Origin: the human T2T-CHM13v2.0 reference genome, Homo sapiens
Assembly: GCF_009914755.1 (NCBI RefSeq)
Contig: NC_060937.1
DNA length: 64,000 nucleotides
Direction: 5' to 3' (one strand)
A program made the translations under genes and the position numbers. This document shows positions 27,666-43,389 of the stretch, piece after piece. Under the pieces are notes generated by a model. That model did no database searches and had not been told where the DNA came from. It saw only the letters and a list, made by a program, of their open reading frames with translations. Each line of letters begins with the position of its first letter. Position 1 is the stretch's first letter.

Positions 27666-28070
27666 CCTAATAGACTGTTTTTTAGAGGAGTTTTGGGTTC
27701 ACAGCAAAATTGAGGGGAAAGTACAGAGAATTCTCACATTCTCCCACTCCTCAACCCCCAAAACACCTTCCCCCACTGTCAACGACCTGCACTGGCCATA
27801 CATTGTCGGACTCCATCAACCACGATAAACACATCATTGTCAGCGGGAGTCCGTCATTTACATGCAGACTAGCCCTTGAGTTTAACAAATGTATAATGAC
27901 ACATATCCACCATTATAGTATCATACGGAGTAGTTGCCCTAAAACCCTGCTGAGATGGTGCTGGTATTGTTATTCTGAGGTTGTCAGGTATCTAACGTGG
28001 AATGAAGCAATAGGTCATTAGTGATATTCTATCATTCCTGATGTCCCAAAAGCCGTGAATATCAGCGTGA

Positions 28071-28497
<427 letters not shown>

Positions 28498-29244
28498 CAG
28501 AAGTACTTTATAGATGTGTATTTCCTAGCTCTTCCACTGTAAAAGCTTAAAATCCATGACCAACCCTCAGCCATGTCCAGAGGGTGGCTTGCAAATTTCT
28601 AACTTAAAAAAAACCCCTGGAATCCTTGGAGAATGAGCTGATTCCATGTTTGGGCCAGGAAATGTACAAGATGAGCCACAACATCATATCCAATAGCAAA
28701 GATGTTCTCAAAGACTGTGAGGGTCAAGACAACAGGGCCCAGTAGCAACCTGGAGAAGCACACACCGGCCAAGACGAGACCATTTAAACATCAATAAAAA
28801 TAAGTCAGTGCAACGCATCAGATATGTTTAAATCAATTAAGTTCATTCTGGCACGAAAGGGAAAAACAAACTCGTCACTGCGGGAGATGCAGGGAACTGA
28901 CTCATTGTTTTGCAAACTGGAAATTAAAAGAAAACACTTACGTATTCATGCTGTGGTGGCTGTACTGGTGGCTGACCAAATGGTATAGATAAGGGGAATT
29001 TTTCCTTACCAGGAGTATTCCAGTTAATAGGTGAAGGCAGACATCACGATTTTGTAGCCTGTAATCAATGAAATCGAACATCATAACAGCCCCACAAGAC
29101 ATATCTGCCTTTAGATGGAAGATTACAGCACCATCTATCAATATTATCAGTAATCTCGCCAAAAAAATCCAAATCTAAATTTGGTGAAGCCTCTAGATCC
29201 AATGATCCATTTATAGGAAATACAAAGGAGAGAGGAAAGTGTTA

Positions 29245-29550
<306 letters not shown>

Positions 29551-30019
29551 GAGAGAGAGAGAGACAGACTCTAGGGATGCCATCTGGGAAACCCAGCAGG
29601 AAACCCCGAAGGAAAAACACCCCATTTTCTTCAACAAATACATTTCAGGGAACTCAAAGGTGGAGGGGAAATTTATAGGTTAGAAAAGGCTTAAAAGAAA
29701 TACCTACTCAAAATATGAGTACTGATGAGAAAACTGTGAAAAAAATTACTATGGCATCAAAAGACAGTTGGAGATAACACTGACTGGAGGTTTGATGACA
29801 TCAGGGGATAACTGAATTTTTAAAGTCAAGCGAGTATCCTTATCTCTTAGAGAAATGCCTTGAAATATGAGGGGATGGAATGAGGTGGTGTCTAGGATGT
29901 GCTTCAAGTCACACAGCAGAGGAACTAGCCAAGCATTGATCATGGCTGAAGCTGGATGGTTCATGGGGAGGCATTGGGCAGTTTTGTCTCTTTTTTATTT
30001 TTATTTATTTGTTTCATTA

Positions 30020-30430
<411 letters not shown>

Positions 30431-30914
30431 TAGAGGAAATGCATAGATCAGAGTCAAGCACATATGAGAATCCTAAGCTCCAGAAGAAGTGGTGTCTTGG
30501 GCTTTGTTTGGAATTTCCTTTCTGGCTCGCTCACTATGTACCAGCTTTGTGATTTATAACCAGGAACGGAAGCAGCAAAGAGCATTTAGGATGGCTTGAA
30601 TTTGGAAGAATAGCATGATGGTTACACATGCAGACTCTGAAGCCAAGCTCATAGTTTCAAACCCCAGCTCCTAGCTGTGTGACCTTGGTCCCACTGTATA
30701 CAATTGTATAGCCAATTTTCTTCCACATACCTCATCCTTATATGATGGTGACATCAGCTGGGCCAAGAAAGACTTCATTTGTTGAGTGCTTTGCTTTTGT
30801 GCATGTGGAATTTCAGATTTGAATCCATTTCCAAGTGGAGTTATTAAGTAGACAGGGAGACTAACAGTCCGGAGTTTGAAGAGGTCTGTGCCAGAGATGT
30901 ACATTTCAAATTCA

Positions 30915-31300
30915 TCACCTAGATGATGGATGTCAACATACAGTTAGCATAGACATGGAGGGGGGTCATCACATAGATGGTGAATGTAGTCATATAGTTG
31001 GCATATAGATGATGGATGTTGTCACATAGATGATCTATGTCATCACATAGATGATGGACATCACTCTGTCGCTCAGGACGTCAACGCTGTCATCACCTTG
31101 ATGATGATCATCATCATGTAGTCAACACATAGACAGTGGACATCATTGTGGTCATTACATAGACAATCGACATCTTCATGGTCATTACATAGACAATGGA
31201 CATCATCATGGTCATTACATAGATAATGGACGTCATCACAGTCATCACATAGATGATGGATGTCATCATAGTCATCACACAGATGAAGGACATCGTCGTA
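30915..31300. repeat. Degenerate minisatellite (18-30 bp units, core gtcatcacatagatgatgga)
   Basis: Five clear 30-bp units at 31141-31290, with shorter related units upstream. Confidence 0.85.
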
Positions 31301-34121
31301 TGGTCAGCATATGAATGAGATCATTCAAGCCACAAGAAGTGAGCGTTGCACCCAGGGGACCCGGGAAATAAGACACTGGGCAGCAGCACAGGAGGAACCG
31401 CTGTGGTGTGAGGGAGGAAGGAGGGGTGTGTCCTTCCTGGCAGCCAAGTGAGGACGGTGCTCAGGGCGGAGCAAGCTTTGGCTCCCACACTGCTGCTGGT
31501 CAAGTGAGGCAAGCACTGAGGACAAGGCCCTGGAAAACTTGGCAAGAGCATCATGGGTTGATGGGGGAATCCGTGCTCCACGCATAGCCGTGACGGCTGT
31601 GACCTGGCTGGACACTGTGATGGTGAGGGGCATGGAGCTTTGGCAAGGACTCACTTTCTGTCAGAGGACAGGAGAGTTGAGGTCACAGGAGCATGGTCGG
31701 AACGTGGGTACCTCAGAGCGGCCCCCCAGGACCAGACAGGCTAGCTTTCTGGGTGCCTTGTTGGGATTGAGGACCTCCCACCCATCATGGCCACGGCCTC
31801 TCCCTAGAGGTGCATGGGAGGCACAGGTACAGGCTGCTGTTGGGGCTCTGGGGAAAGAAGGGACCCACGACCTGCACCTTATCACCCACTGCCTGCCACA
31901 CTAAAGTAGAAGCTTCCTCTGACTCCAGGATTCCCAAGGAGGTGTGTGGTGGCCCAGGAAGAGCAACTGCCATGTGGACAACTCAGGAGGAATGGAGAGC
32001 AAATCCCTTCTGTCCCACATACACTCAAGGAAGCTGACCCGCTCAAGTAATGGAGGTCGGGGGAAGGGGGTTGAGAACCTGGACTCCACAGGCAGGGGGT
32101 CTACACTGGCACTGGTGAAGCAGGCAGAGCCTCAGGCACCTCTGGCCGCATCATTGTGTCCCGGGGACCCAGCAGCCCAAAAGGGCTACACGGACTTTCC
32201 TTGCAGAGCCACACAGAGGATTTCTTTCCTCTACTCAGTTCTAAAACAACGTCTCTTGCTCCCTTCAGTAAGGCGACCCCTCCCATGGCACAGCTAATAT
32301 GTGTGAGTAGAAAAATAACAGTGACACAATCCACACAAGATCCATGGAGCAGATTTATCTTAGGATGGAATTTTTCAATGACACGTGTTAATGTGTGTGA
32401 ACCTCCTTTGGTGGAATTTCACGGGGTGAAATAGAAAAGGACAAGGAAATTCTGAGAGGTGCAGGAGGCTTTTTGGGCATGGTAATGAGACATCCTTTCT
32501 CAAAGCCCACCCTGTCTCCAGGTAAATCTTCACCAAGACAGTAGGAATAATGGGTGAACGAAGTTACAGTGGCTCAAAACTACGGTTCTCACTCCACCAG
32601 GGGCTCTTACTATCTGCAAAGTAGAGCCCATTTGGGGGTGGGAATTGGAGGAAGTGGGTGCTCTGGACCAGCTGTGCAGAGCTCCTGTTGCAGAGACAGC
32701 TGTGGACCCAAGGCTCACGTGGGTGGGCAGAGCAAAGATGGCAGAAACCTGTTGCTCAATTTTTATCTTAAGGAAAATGAGCTCTGAGTCACGTTGAAAA
32801 TCTGGTAACTCTAGGTGCTCCTACACAGTATTTACCGGGAACCAAAACTTCTAAAGTTGAGGCAACCTCAACTATGTGGGTCAAGAAACAACAGGAAACT
32901 CAGAAGACAGAAAATGCTGGAATGGAGCCAGTGAAGTGTCGATGGCAGTTATCTGGAAGGGATGAGGGTTGGAGGACTGTGGATATTTAAATTCTCATTT
33001 CTATTTTTTGGTATTTTATACACATTCTACTAGGAGCAAATAGTGCTTTTATAATTAGAAAAAAGTACAGAGGCTATTTTTATAAAGAGAGGAGGGGGAA
33101 AGTTTACTGGATTTGCCTAGAACATGAGATTGTGACTGGGTGGAGATAACAGTGATAAATTCCTCTATTTTAAGCTACACAAATCTAGGAAGTCTACAAC
33201 AACTAGAAATGTAGGAAATCGGAGTGTAGAGCCTGGCCATGGATTCTGTTCTTCATGTTTGAAATGTGCACGTTGAAAGAAAATTATCATTTTAAATTCT
33301 GTACAGTGTGTAACTTTAAAAAAGTACTGTATCTTCTAAACTTCAAACATTTTTTTAATCTACTTTTGAAAGTGTTTCCCTTTTTCTCTTGGCTGCCAGG
33401 ATGCTCAGAGCTAAATTTGGGGCTTAGTCTGTATTGTTAAGGATAACAAACAACCATCTCTTCCCTTCTTTCCTTAATGTCCATTATTTTATGCTTGCTT
33501 GAATGATTTTATTGATTATGTTTTTATTACAAGCCCCTACAATCCTTTTGGCTGGGGATATAGTAATAGTAAATGATGTTATTTGACAGAGAAACTGTGA
33601 AGTCAAGAGAAACAGGGATTTTCCTCAGTTATGGGTGTCAAAGCTGGAGCTCAGATGGTGTTGGACTCCACACTTGGGCCACTGAGCTAGAATCCAGCCT
33701 CTCAGACTCCTCATCCAGTGCTCCTTTCACACTGCCAAGCTAAGCAGAGGACATTGGGTGGCTGTCTGTGACAGCTTATGACAGATGGTGAGAGAGGGGC
33801 CATATTACCTCCCACTCACTTCCGGTCATGCCCACCTGGAAAGGTGGGAAGTCATTTACCAGGCAATGTGGGCCCTGCTGTTGCCCCACTCCTGGAAGCA
33901 CCTGCTCAGAACCAGTCGGACGGGGCTGCCACAGCCAACGGTGACAATATTTCCCAATCTTGGTTTCAGAGCAAGGCTAGTTCCTTCAGAAACTTGTTGT
34001 CCTCATCCTGTCTTGGTTTGGTGATGTTTCTGTTCAAACCTCTGTCTCTCTAAGGATCTGAGTCTCCCCACATGTCCTGGAGCACCATGGCCCCATCCCC
34101 TTGTGTGGCATGGGGTCTGGC

Positions 34122-34515
34122 TGTGTTAGTCCGCTTGGCTGCCACAACACAGCTCCACAGGCTGTGGTTTAAGCAGCAGACGTCACTGCCTCACGGTTCT
34201 AGAAGCCGAAGTCCGAGATTAAGGCGTCAGCAGGGGCGGCTGCTTCTGAGGGCCATGAGGAAGGGATCTGTTCCAGGCCTCTCTCCTTGGCCTGTGGACG
34301 GCCATCATACCCCTGTGTCTTCACTCACCTTCCTGCTGTGTGAGTCTGTGTTCAGATCTCCTCTTCTCACAAGGATACCAGTCCTGTTGGATTGGGTTCC
34401 ACTCTAGTGACCTCATGTTGACTTAATTACCTCTCTAAAGACCCTACTCCAAATCCAGTCACTTTCTGAGGTGCTGGGGGTTAGGACTTCAATACACGAA
34501 TTTGGTGGGGGCACA
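34122..34515 (-). mobile_element. MLT1A-like LTR
   Basis: tgtgttagtccgcttggctgccacaac...cacggttctagaagccgaagtccgagattaagg...gggggttaggacttcaatacacgaattt. Confidence 0.8.
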
Positions 34516-37116
34516 GTGGAGCCTGCAGGACTTGCCCCTATCTCTGCAGAGGCCGGTGTGGCCTGGAGGTGCTGAGCACCTTGGCCGACCAGGCCCCAGG
34601 TCAGAGGAATCTCCCCGTGTACCGTGTGACTACGCCAACTTTGCCCATCTCTCTGCCCATGGTTTCTTCACAGGAAGCCACCGCCCACATGGCAGCATTG
34701 TTCTGAGGATTAAGGGTCACACTGGAAAGTGCTGGCACCTGAGAGCAGCGTAGGAAGAGGGTGTGGTGAGTGTCCCTGACACAGAGGGATCAGCCTTTGT
34801 GAGGAGGAGGCCCTGCCTGCTCTCCTCCTGAGCTGATGGGTCAGTCACACCAGGACAAAGGTCTGCCCGGGGCTGTGTGGGTTCCTCCTTCCTGAGCTGC
34901 ACACCAGCATCTGCTGAACACCTTCTGGAGCTCAGCTCAGTGTCTCGTCCAGAGACACTGGTTCCCTTGGCTTCTCAGCAACTCTTGGATCTGGGCCTGG
35001 GTCTAACCTCAGCGGTGGTCTTGCCCATTTCTAGGGCCTCACAATTCAGCCTCATGTCTTCACCTGTGGCTCTTTTGCAAGGCTCAGAAAGCTCTAGGGT
35101 CAGTTCCAGATGACTCCCACCAGCATGCCAGTAGGAGCCACCACCCCCTCTCAGCCAGCGCCACCATATTCCAGGCAAATTCCAACTGACACAGACTTCA
35201 AGGAACGATTGTAGCCGTTGTTCTTGCTTCTTCCAAATGGAAGAGTGCATTATTGGGGTCCCTTCTAGCACGCATTTCATTCCCCACCGTGAGGCAGGGG
35301 ATGCCCGGGCTTTCCCCTGACTTGCAGGGGGAGATACAGGAGTGAAAATGAATCTGCTCAAGTCACTTGTGGACAAGAAGGTGCAAGCTCCAGACTCCAG
35401 TGCTGCGTCCTCATCCGGTGTATGCGCAGCATGACAAGCCCCGACCAGCAGCAGATATCAGGCCAGCCTGTGCCAGGAAACCTCCTACATCAAGGGTGCA
35501 GGCTCAGCCCACTGGGGTGGGCAACCTGCGCCCCTTCCATCACTGCGCCTGGCTAAGCGGGCAAGTAGACAGCCACCCAGGTGGGGCAGGTGATGGCTGT
35601 ACCCCTGCTCCTGGCTGGAGTTGCTAACCGAGCACCCTTGGGAGCCACCCTCTGCCACCAGGGATGAACCGCAGCCAAGGAGGCAGGACAGGGGCCCAGT
35701 CTGTGTGGTCTCTGGAGTATTTCTCAGAGAGCATTTGTGGGACCCTGGCCGCGGGCCAGGCTCTAGAGGAGCAGGTGTGTCTGTCAGTGGATTTGGGGAA
35801 ATAGTCATTAGCAGGGACCTGTCTTAGAAGCAAAGTTCATCCAAGAGGCTTTGAGAGGTACTAAAGGAGAAGCTGCTCAATCTAACTTCTTATAACAAGG
35901 AAACCCAACCTCCTTTTAATTTTTTGTCCCTCAATGTCCCTGTTAACATCCCATATCCTTGGAACTGGCAATGTTCCCTAGAACGCCTGTGGGAAAACAT
36001 GGGTCAAAGGGAGTATTGAGCAAGAATTAATGCTGAATTCTCTCCTCTTCCCTTATTTGTGCTGAGTCCTGGTTAAAAAATAATAACAATAATAACATTT
36101 ACTCAGGGCTTACCATGAGCCAGTCGGCAGTGCTTAGCCCATTTCCTCCTCGGGACCGCTCCAGGTGCAGCAGACTATTACCATCTCATTTGACGCATGA
36201 GGGAACTGAGGCTAAGGAAAGTCGAATCACTTGCCTGAGGTGAAACAAGCAGTAAGTGTGGGATGAATGACGACACAACTCACCCTTGGTGGCTTAATTT
36301 CACGTCTTTTTCTGTTTGCTGAAGTCTAAATAATATTGTTAAGTTGTACCAGGCAGATTCCACAGGCTGTGAGTGCAGAGTGCACTGTAACCAGAACATT
36401 CGTCAGAACACCTTCAAAGACCACCACGAACCCAATACAGATGCCAAGGCTTAAAGGAGATGAAATAATGAGCTTTGCCGGTTCCCTCGTGTTATTTTGT
36501 GGAGAGCAGTTCGGTGATGCTGGTCAAATTTAAAATGTGCCTTCCCTTTGACCCAGCAATTCCGCTGCTAAGAATGTACCCTTTGGAGACAGAGACACGT
36601 GTGCAAAGGTGAAAATATAATTTGTGCACGTCTTTTCTCTCTACACCTTATCCCTCTCTCTCCTTTCTTTTAGTGGATGACCCTGCTTTTCATTTCCCAA
36701 AGAAAACAGAAGCAACCAGCAGAGAACCGCATACCCTTCAGCCTGTGTTCAGCAGAGCCTCCTTCCTTTCTGAGGCTCCAGACCCAGATCGGGCACCCCT
36801 GACCTCTAGTGCCCAATTTCCTCCCTCCTGCCTGTTGGAAGACATCACTCTTTTTTGCATGATCAGTTTTCTGCCTTTCTACCTGGCTATTTTCATCAGT
36901 CTGTACACCTGCTGTCATTCTGCTATTGAAAAAACCTGAGTCCTCTCTTTACCTGACTTAAAACTTTCCTCAATATCATCAAATTCTCCACTCCTCTTTA
37001 TAAAGCAAAACATGAAGTGCTCATGCTCATACTCAGCGTTCCCATCCTTCCTGAAAGCCACTCCCATCAGCCTTTGGTCCATACCACTCTCTCAAGGGCT
37101 CCCTCCAACCACCTCC

Positions 37117-37495
37117 TGATACGGTTTGGCTTTGTGTCCCGACCCAAATCTTTTTTCGAATTGTAATCCCTGTGTGTCAGGGAGGGGCCTGGTGGGAGCC
37201 GATTGGATCATGGGGGAGATTTCCCCCTTGCTGTTCTCGTGATAGCCAGTGAGTTCTCACGAGATCTGGTGGTTTGAAAGTGTGTGGCATGTCCCCCTTT
37301 GCTCTCTCTTCTGCCGCCATGTGAAGAAGGTACTTGCTTCCCCTTCACCTTCTGCCGTGATTTTAAGTTTCCCGAGGCCTCCCCAGCCATGCTTCCTGTG
37401 CAGCCTGCAGAACTGTCAGTCAATTAAACCTCTTTCTTCATGAATTACCCAGTCTCAGGTGGTTCTTTGTAGCAGTGTGAGAATGGACTCATACA
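37117..37495 (+). mobile_element. MST/THE1-type MaLR LTR
   Basis: tgatacggtttggctttgtgtccc...caattaaacctcttt...gaatggactcataca. Confidence 0.85.
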
Positions 37496-38692
37496 CCTCC
37501 ACTTTGCCAAATCCAACGGCAGATTCTTGAGCCTCATTTTATTCTCATTGGATTCATTGGGTCACTGCCCTTTTGAACTACTTTATTCACGTGGCTTTTG
37601 AACGCCCGTCTCTTGGCCCTTCCAGACCTCTGCTTCTCTCTCATGGTCTGCATTGTTGGTTCCTCCTCCTCTCTGTGGCCTCTCAACACTGCAGAACCCC
37701 CACGCTCTGCCATGGACCTCTCCTCTGTCCGCACTCACCAGGGCCCCAGCTGGTCCTCATAGCTTTACTATCATCTACATAGCAGCGTCTCCTCCAGCCC
37801 AGACGCTCCCCTGAATTCGACTTCCAAATCCCCTGCACTCCTGACCACCCCACTCTCAGAGCCCTCTCAACCTTCACATGCCCAGAAGGGGGGCTGCTCA
37901 CATCACTGCACCTTCCCAGTCTCCCTTTTCGCTCTCTCCATTCTTCCAGTGGTTGACCAAAATTTTGGATCCCCCCAACTCCTGTCCCTCCCCCTGTCCC
38001 TCTCCCCTAATCCAGTCCCCAGCACGTCCTGGCAGCACTCCCTTCTGTGTATCTTCAGAATCTAGTTCCTCTTCAGCCCCTGCACACCTGCACCCAACCT
38101 CAGCCCCCACCCCCGGGCCACAGCCACAGCTTCACCGTAAGCCCCGCTTCACCCCTTGCTCGCGGCAACCCCTTCTCCACAGAAGCCAACTGATCTTTGA
38201 AAAACCCTAAGCCTGGTCGTGTCAATTCTGTGTTCAAAACCTTCCAATTGATTTCCATTTTCGCATAAAACACAGAGTCCTGCCCAGGCCACCAGGGCCC
38301 TCTGGGGGTCACCTGCTGTTCCCTCTGCCCCCGTGCCTCCCCTCCCTTGGCATCTCTGTGAACAGCCGGCACCCACCTCTGTTCCCTCTGCTGAAACACC
38401 TTTCCCCTCAGTTCCCCCAAGGGGCTTGGCTCTCACTCATGTCCCTCTCCAGTGTCCCTGATCAGAGGCCTCCCTGGACCCCCCGCAGACTGGCCAATGG
38501 AAACCCCTAGAGAATTAAACATACATGCAGAAGTGTACCATCTTAACTATTTACAAGTGTACAGTTGTGAGGCGTTAAGTACACACACATTGTTGAACAA
38601 CCATCACCACCACCCACTTCAGGACATTTTTCATCTTACCCAACTGAAACTCTGCACCCATTTAACACTCACTCCCCATTCCCCCTCCCCAG

Positions 38693-39074
38693 TGAGGCAG
38701 GAAAATAGGGTCTGGAGGCAGGGAACATAAGGCCAGCCGATTGATACTTCAGCTATGACAGGAAATATCCTGTCCATAGGGGGTACGCCGAGTCAATGAT
38801 TTTGTAACCTGACTTCATCCTCTTCATTTACATAGGGCATACACCAAGTTGCCAGTGGAAACCCCTAGAGGGTATTTAAACCCCCACAAATTCTGTAACT
38901 GGGCTCTTGAGCCCCTATGCTCTGGCCTGCTCCCCCCACCCTCGCTGTGGAGTGTACTTTCATTTTCAATAAATCTCTGCTGTTGTTGCTTCATTCTTTC
39001 CTTGCTTTGTTTGTGCGTTTTGTCCAATTCTTTGTTCAAGACACCAAGAACCTGGACACCCTCCACCGGTGACA
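38693..39074 (+). mobile_element. Solo ERV1 LTR (MER61/MER51-like) inserted in an antisense L1M
   Basis: tgaggcaggaaaatagggtctggaggcagggaacataagg...aataaa...cctggacaccctccaccggtgaca. The L1M sequence resumes on both sides. Confidence 0.75.
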
Positions 39075-40595
39075 GCAGCAGCCCCCATTCTACTTTGTCT
39101 CTATGAATTTGCCTACTCTAGGTATCCATGTAAATGGAATCACATAATATCTATTCCTTGGTGTCTGGCTTATTTCACTTTGCGTGATATCTTCAAAGTT
39201 CACCCATGTTGTAGAATGTGTCAGAATTGTTTTCCTTTAAAAAGCTGAATCATGTAATAATTCCACTGTATTGAGACTCCTTTTTTTTAGTCCATTCATC
39301 CGTTGATGGACGCTTGGGTGGCTTGCACCTTTTGGCTGCTGTGAATAATGCTAGGAACATCCTGAATCTGTTCAAGTCTCTGCTTTCAGTTCTTTTGTTT
39401 TATACCCAGAAGTGGAATTGCTGGATCATACGGCAATTGTTGAGTTTTTTGAGGAACCTCCATAGCATTTTTCATAGTGGTAGCACCATTTTCCATTCCC
39501 ATCGGCAGTGCACAGGGTTCCAGTTTCTCTACCTCCTCATCAGTGCATTTTGTTTTGTTTTTAAAATAATAGCCATAATAATAGGTGTGAAGGGGTGTTG
39601 GCCTTTTTTTGTCTTTGCCCATTAGCATTTCCCTGTGGTTAGTTTCTTCGGCTCCAAGTATAGGATGTATGAAGCAAAAAGAAAACCAGAGAATTCACAA
39701 CTCATCACTCGCTGGACCCAAGGCCTCTTGTGGGTCTGCCTTCTTCACTCCACCTTCCAGGGTCTTCTGTTGATGCCTAGTGTGCAGGGATTTTAGCTGT
39801 ACTTAGTGGGGACATAGGGAAAAGTGTGTCTACTTCACATTCCTAGACGTGGGCCCCGAAGTCTTTTTTAATACATAGGTTCCCTCTCCATCTCTTTTTT
39901 CTTGAAATTTGTTTATTGAAGAAACCAGCTTGTTTATCCTACAGAGCTTTCCACAGGATGGACTTTGCAGATTGCATTTCCCGCAGTGTCACTTAAGGTG
40001 TTCCTCTGTGCCCTGTGTGTCATGGAGAATTGGTAGGTAGAGTCAGAGGCTTGATCTGAGTCAGATGCAAGTTTTTGGCAAGACTACTTCATAGGTGGTG
40101 GTGTGTACTTCTACCAGGAGACACGAGAACGCTTTGTCTTTTTTGATAATATCAACTCCTTCAATGGTTACCAAGCAGTTTTCCTTTCATTATGAACTCA
40201 TAGACTTAATTACATACTTTCAGTCCGTTGCAATTATTCTTTTTTTTTTTTTTTTTTTTTTGAGATGGGGTCTGGCTCTGTCACCCAGGCTGGAGTGCAG
40301 TGGCATGATTACTGCTCACTGCATTGCAATTATTCTTACTGATGCCCATCCTGCACCTTGCTAGTGGGAGCTTCTTTAAAATCCTTCTCACACGACCCCA
40401 GAGTGTTTTAATTTAACCCTGCTGGTCTCATAGACACATCTTTTCCTCTCCCATGTAAGAACCTGGTTCCCGATGATACCAACATAAATACTCATTTACT
40501 CTCTGGCAATAAACATAAAACAGTCTCAGAATAAAAACCAATGCAACACTTAAACAAAACAATTACTGAAACTAGTTTTTGTCAATAAACCACTA

Positions 40596-40808
<213 letters not shown>

Positions 40809-41064
40809 CTAAGAAAGCACAGTAAAACTGCTGTAGTTTAAACTTGTTTGAAATAATTCCTTTCTGTATGTTGCCAACATAATATTATATGGTTAGGTTC
40901 ATTTATCACATTTTGCCTTCAATTTCTTAGAAATTTAAAAATTCATTTGCTAATGATGTAAATATTTGCATGGTTCTGAAGCCAAATCTATAAAGCAAAT
41001 GATATTAGACAAGTTTATCTTCTAACCCTGTCCCCTGCACGTCATTCCCTCTCCCTTGCTGTAG

Positions 41065-41616
<552 letters not shown>

Positions 41617-43389
41617 TAAATGAGCAGATTTTTACAGCTGCACAGTATTCCACTGTGTGGATGTACCATGGTTTATACAAACGATCCCCCATGGATGGAG
41701 ATCACATTTTCTTGGAACGGAGTCACTGCTTTGAGTTATATGATGAAACCATTCTGGATGGCTGCTTCTCATCACTCAGGTTACCTTGCCATCCTGCAGT
41801 CCTGCTCTCAGCAGCTGTCCTCTGTGCAAGGGTCTGGCTCTATTTGTTCCCACCTGGCTAATATCCAGGACAAGGTCTTAACTAGAGTTTTAATTCCAGT
41901 GTTGCCTCAAAAGCAGTGTTGTGAGGGGGAAGTAGGGAGTTCCTGTTTAATGAGTACTGAGTGTGAGTTTGGGAAGATGAGTATCTGGAGATGGAGGGTG
42001 GCGATGGTTGCACAATGAGAATCTACTTGATGCCAATGAACCTTACACTTAAAAATGGTTAAACTGGTACATTTTAGGCATATTTTACCTCAATTAAAAG
42101 AAAGAATAAGTAGGACCTATGGGAAAAAAAACCCCACATTTACTGCAGAATAGCAATACGAATTCCCAAGAAAATGCTCCACCTGGCTTTGTACATAACG
42201 AAGGGAAGATTTAATTGATACGGATGTTTCCCTGCAGGATGTTCCCAACTTAGAGATGGCTCCTCTCTCCACTCCTGTCATAAGCAAGGCTTGGTCGCCT
42301 TCCAAACTTACCTTTATCTGACATGGGCTCTTTCTAGACTTCTATTTATCTTACTACATGGTGACTTGAGTTTTATGGTTTCTGGATGAGGCATTTATGA
42401 CTAGACGATCCAGCTCAGCGCCAGGCTCTTCTCCCAGACATGCTGATGTTTGCCTTAAGGTTTATTAGCCCCGGCTGGGATGTCAGCGACATGGAACAAA
42501 CGTATGCTGGGTAAGTCCCAATGGCGTCATGAGTGCATAAGTGGGCTGTGGATTCTGGTGGGTCGTGGCGACCCTTTGCTACCTCTTTATCTCTTCCCAA
42601 GACCTCCTGCCTTATCATTGGTAGGTAGCAAATATTTCAGATGCCACAAGACCCTTGGCCACTGGGTGCTCAAGGGGTGCACAGCACCTCAAGTTTTCTT
42701 TCCTTAACTGGTCATGTAAAAAGACAGCCTTTACAGCCCTTCAAGGCAAAAACCCAGCTATTTTATTTTGTTCTGTATTTTATTTAGTTCCATCATGGAA
42801 CTATATGGGGCTGAGTGACAAGGAGCTGACCTACCTGCTGGGGCCACCGGGCATACCAGAAGCAGGAACAGCACCTGCAATTGGAACCATCATGTGACCT
42901 GGTTCAGGGATCCTGACCACGTGGGGCACAGGGAGTGCACCTGGCCACCTATGCACTATCCCAGAGTTCTCATCTGGAAAGCCAGTAAGTGAGGGGATAA
43001 AGATGGACGTCTTGCTACAGCCAAAGGGGAAAAGCCAGAGCTAGCGAGGTGTCCACGTGAACCTGGGAGTAACTGGTATGATTTAGATCCTGACCACGGT
43101 CCAACAAAGCATTCATCCAGGTCCTCTGAAGACGTGACCCCTGCTTGTGAAATCCGTATCACAGAAACTTCCCCAAAAGCAGAGAAACTGGTATCATGCT
43201 TCCCCCGCACCCAACTTCAGCCTCCACAGTGACCAGCATTCTGTCAGTCCCGTGGTCTCTACCCACTCTTTTTTTCCCCCACTCAAGTATTTTAAAGAAA
43301 ATTTCAGACCCCGTGTGATTTCACTCTGAGGATTTTGGTATCCTGTTCCCTTAGGACTGCTGAACAATAAACACCCAGCAGCCACCCCA

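Noticed and set aside
30915-31300. CRISPR-like or coding repeat array
   Set aside because: Head-to-tail degenerate units with no unique spacers, in eukaryotic context; an ordinary minisatellite.
38825-38860. p53 response element in the MER61-like LTR
   Set aside because: The candidate (gggcatacac caagttgcc) lacks two proper RRRCWWGYYY half-sites.
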